Shown: positions 47,101 to 49,140 of the stretch, in pieces
Position numbering within the stretch: the stretch's first letter is position 1
Layout: every line of letters begins with the position of its first letter
Assembly: GCA_001600815.1 (NCBI GenBank)
Contig: BCKZ01000038.1
Span: forward strand, 1 to 49,140
Direction: 5' to 3'
Source: Alloascoidea hylecoeti
Lineage: Eukaryota
DNA length: 49,140 nt
Made by a program: the position numbers and the translations under genes
Notes under the pieces: model-generated
What the model saw: only the letters and a program-made list of their open reading frames with translations
What the model was told of the DNA's origin: nothing
Database searches by the model: none

Positions 47101-49140
47101 TAAAATTTTACTTTGCAGTTGAGCCTTTTCGGTGAGATATTCCACTGTTGGATTGCTCAATTTCGAGCTCAAATCATCGAGCTCTTTTCGAGGTAAGATC
47201 GCAAAACCAATATCTGTAGCTTTCTCAGTAATATGCATCAAATCAGGTTCATTAGCTAGTTTATAGAGTTCAGCATATCTGTTCTTATTCACAACTTCGT
47301 ATCCAAGTTTTTCGACCATCTCGACAAGCTTACCTTGATCTAAAGGTCGACCCGCTTCAACCAATTCATTATAAAGGTGATCGGGTGTAAGAACATAATT
47401 AATTTCTTTGGCTTTTTGGGATAAAAACTCTGGGGTTGGATTCTCTAATTTCTGGATCATGGCAGCATAATCATTTCTAGGAATGGTTTCAAATCCAACA
47501 GCACGAGCTGTATCAATGACATGTTCAGGTTCTGGTTCATTGGCATCTTTGAATAGCTTATCATAAACAACCTTAGACACAGCAACAAGACCAAGTGCTG
47601 AAGCCTTCTCTATAACATGGTCAGAGTCTGGTTCGTGAGCTTGGTGCTCTAGCAGTTCTAAGTCCCTCTGTGGTATAGCAGCATACCCAATAGTTGAAGC
47701 TTTAGATTTGATATAATCTTCATCGGGATTGTCCAGTCTATTAAGAAGATTTATGTGTTCAGATATAGACAAGACAATGTATCCAAGGTTTTTTGCCTTA
47801 TCTTCAATATGTTTCAAGTCAGGTTGATTTGCTTTTTCTAAAAGATTAGTATAATCATCTTTTGGAATTGCAACATAACCTGCGTTTTCAGCTGTTGAAA
47901 CAATATGATTAATCTCAGGATTATTAACATTTTTCAAAAGAGAATTGTATTCATCTTCTTCTTTAACCACCAAGCCTAATTTAGCAGCATTATCAACCAA
48001 TAAACTTCTTTCAGGGGAAGAAGCATCCTTTACTAGTTTGTCGTATACATTAGATTCAATAACTTCATATCCCTTTTCATTAGCATTACGAAGAATAAAT
48101 TCATAGTCAGGAGATGTAGATATTGATATTAACTTTGCATACTGCTCTTCTGGAATTGTAGTGTAACCAATATCCTTTGCCTTTCCAGTGATGAAATCTA
48201 TGTCAGGATGTTCTAGTTTCTTTTGAATTTCATCGTATTTTGATTTTGGTAATAGAACACTGCCAATTTCAGTTGCTTTCTCAGCAATATGACTCTCATC
48301 TGGATTATTGGCATCCTTCAATATTTTTTCATATTCACCTGCAGGAACCATTTCATAACCCTGCTTCTTGGAATGTTCAGCCAAAAAATTATATTCCGGT
48401 TTAGTTGACAACTTGAACAAACTGTTGTACTTATCATTTGGCAACGTCTCATAACCAATCTCCTTTGCCTTTGAAGTAAGGAACTCGATATTTGGATTCT
48501 CAGTATTTGCAACAAGTTTGTCGTGAAGTTCTTTACCTAAAATTACAGACCCAATTGCAGCGGCAGTCATTGATAAATGATGAGCGTCCGGTTCATTGGC
48601 ATCTTTTACAAGCTTTTCATACTCATCATTTTTAACAACTTGATATCCTTGATCTTTAGCATGCTGAACAATAGCGGAATGTTCTGGATTAACTAGGTCA
48701 AGATATTTTTCGAATTTAACAATCTCATAACCTTGGCTTTCAGCCATGTTTGTAATGAACTCAATATCAGGTGTATTTACTATAGAAAGTAGTCTATCAT
48801 GCTCGACCTTAGGTATAATGACAGAACCTAATGTAGAAGCCATTTCACCAAGATATTCTATTGTTGGTTCTGTTGTTAGTTTGACCAACTCATTCAATCG
48901 GTCTTTCAGAACAATGTTGTAACCAAGAGCCTCAGCTTTACTTGTGATATGCTCAATACTAGGTTCATTAGCATCATGGTATAATTGCTGTTGTTCTTCT
49001 ATAGAAATCAAAGCTAGACCAATCTTAGAAGCCCTTTCAGATAAAAATTCACGATCAGGATGTGATAATACTTCAACCATATGATCATATTCATCTCTCT
49101 TAATTGTTTCAAACCCAACTTCACGAGCTTTCCCAACAAG
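44185..49140 (-). CDS. NUM1: nuclear migration / cortical mitochondria-dynein anchor Num1, 3' part (5' end beyond window)
   Basis: About 40 tandem 32-aa units followed by a Num1-type PH domain (IGEYLYKYYRKLG...SRHKRYFWVHPYTMTLYWS...CPTRQSHNIWF). The frame stays open to the window edge. Confidence 0.93.
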   Translation of the reverse strand, partial: LVGKAREVGFETIKRDEYDHMVEVLSHPDREFLSERASKIGLALISIEEQQQLYHDANEPSIEHITSKAEALGYNIVLKDRLNELVKLTTEPTIEYLGEMASTLGSVIIPKVEHDRLLSIVNTPDIEFITNMAESQGYEIVKFEKYLDLVNPEHSAIVQHAKDQGYQVVKNDEYEKLVKDANEPDAHHLSMTAAAIGSVILGKELHDKLVANTENPNIEFLTSKAKEIGYETLPNDKYNSLFKLSTKPEYNFLAEHSKKQGYEMVPAGEYEKILKDANNPDESHIAEKATEIGSVLLPKSKYDEIQKKLEHPDIDFITGKAKDIGYTTIPEEQYAKLISISTSPDYEFILRNANEKGYEVIESNVYDKLVKDASSPERSLLVDNAAKLGLVVKEEDEYNSLLKNVNNPEINHIVSTAENAGYVAIPKDDYTNLLEKANQPDLKHIEDKAKNLGYIVLSISEHINLLNRLDNPDEDYIKSKASTIGYAAIPQRDLELLEHQAHEPDSDHVIEKASALGLVAVSKVVYDKLFKDANEPEPEHVIDTARAVGFETIPRNDYAAMIQKLENPTPEFLSQKAKEINYVLTPDHLYNELVEAGRPLDQGKLVEMVEKLGYEVVNKNRYAELYKLANEPDLMHITEKATDIGFAILPRKELDDLSSKLSNPTVEYLTEKAQLQSKILIEEDVYNGLVSMTTNPDIDFIKEKSKPLGYTLVPDSTFKTILKNAENPDFDHISKVALAAGLVVEHKESYQRLLKNANEPERDHIIEKSRLIGYEAVPKNEYDLLHTKIEHPSEEYLSEKASEIDLAIISKEELDDLNSKLKNPSMDYLRSAAETIGSVLLEKDAFDSLLLKSTNPDIDFISTKARELGYENVKKSDYDILMKNAENPDSTHISKVAKAIGLIAVPMDFYEQLSKKANEPDKDHIIEKSRAVGLEPITKEEYDALMNNLQHPNEEYLSEKAMELDLIVAPKPAYDSLIEAARELTPDEILNKATNLGYHPLSDTEYTELSRLANEPDSQHIIDKAHLIGYECVSATDYKTMVETINQPNEKFLSEKANNIGLVTIPIEEHILLESHANTPDISYISEKATELGYITIENKEFSDLKDKARPLNQDELVQKADELGLTAIPTDEYNEVIKKADSPDEKHLSEKAKAIGLVTVNESLFQQMIKNIKTPEKDYIIEKGTSLDLKVLPKDEYDQLLSKINPSVKQVTEAAEKLGLVAIEQQEYNKLIDMETKSRTVSAPEASTRNLNADEISRDAMAIGLVAVPKKDYDQLLTIRTKNQGSTGIRNATSIEVSKRAEALGLVVLSKHEYKELQTKSQLSWPGQAPSYRSYSLLSQIPIPERDDSSGDKTIQDSKTNDPYNESHDVSEGTSAHPIISHRDTSSGTSNPHYAEMQRILASRMGIMGVTGAAESAIHSSNLTIGTVASMTERSMIPAVTKTVIGEYLYKYYRKLGGVSGISDSRHKRYFWVHPYTMTLYWSEKNPAIGDPSAERPKATAILGVDSIEDPNPLPTGIWHKTIIIKTKGRDLRITCPTRQSHNIWFNTFRFLIQRNDAGINFEELYEDTDSIADIPPLREHQSSFFERARQASVTDLRRNTTISAPSSPRRSSFRRHTSMSGGETQAVPARRSMRRISSIIRGEHIKPLE

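Overview
AT-rich eukaryotic genomic DNA from an intron-containing budding yeast (Saccharomycotina-like, inferred from gene content). It uses the standard code: CTG sits at conserved Leu positions of Sen1. Intact genes in order: DEF1(-), FBA1(-), TIM21(+, 1 intron), an acidic orphan ORF(+), pyruvate decarboxylase(-), ATG11(-, 2 introns), PCNA/POL30(-, 1 intron), a flavocytochrome b2-like gene ending in a PTS1 (-, 1 intron), two tandem MAM33 paralogs(-), SEN1(+, 2 introns), DPH2(+, 1 intron), tRNA-Cys(GCA)(+), a glyoxylate-reductase-like dehydrogenase(-), and the 3' part of NUM1(-). The eight introns are 56-78 nt long. Intergenic DNA holds decayed coding relics: a membrane-protein pseudogene, a PSP1-family pseudogene, a Tc1/mariner transposase relic and a possible pogo-like relic. 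The strongest unexplained signal is a ~0.6 kb non-coding segment (about 15604-16196) between PDC and ATG11. It folds into a long nested stem with G-U wobbles but no A-C mismatches on the + strand, so it is probably an unannotated structured RNA; I could not assign it to a known class by eye. All gene calls come from motif recognition and manual translation; no database searches were run.
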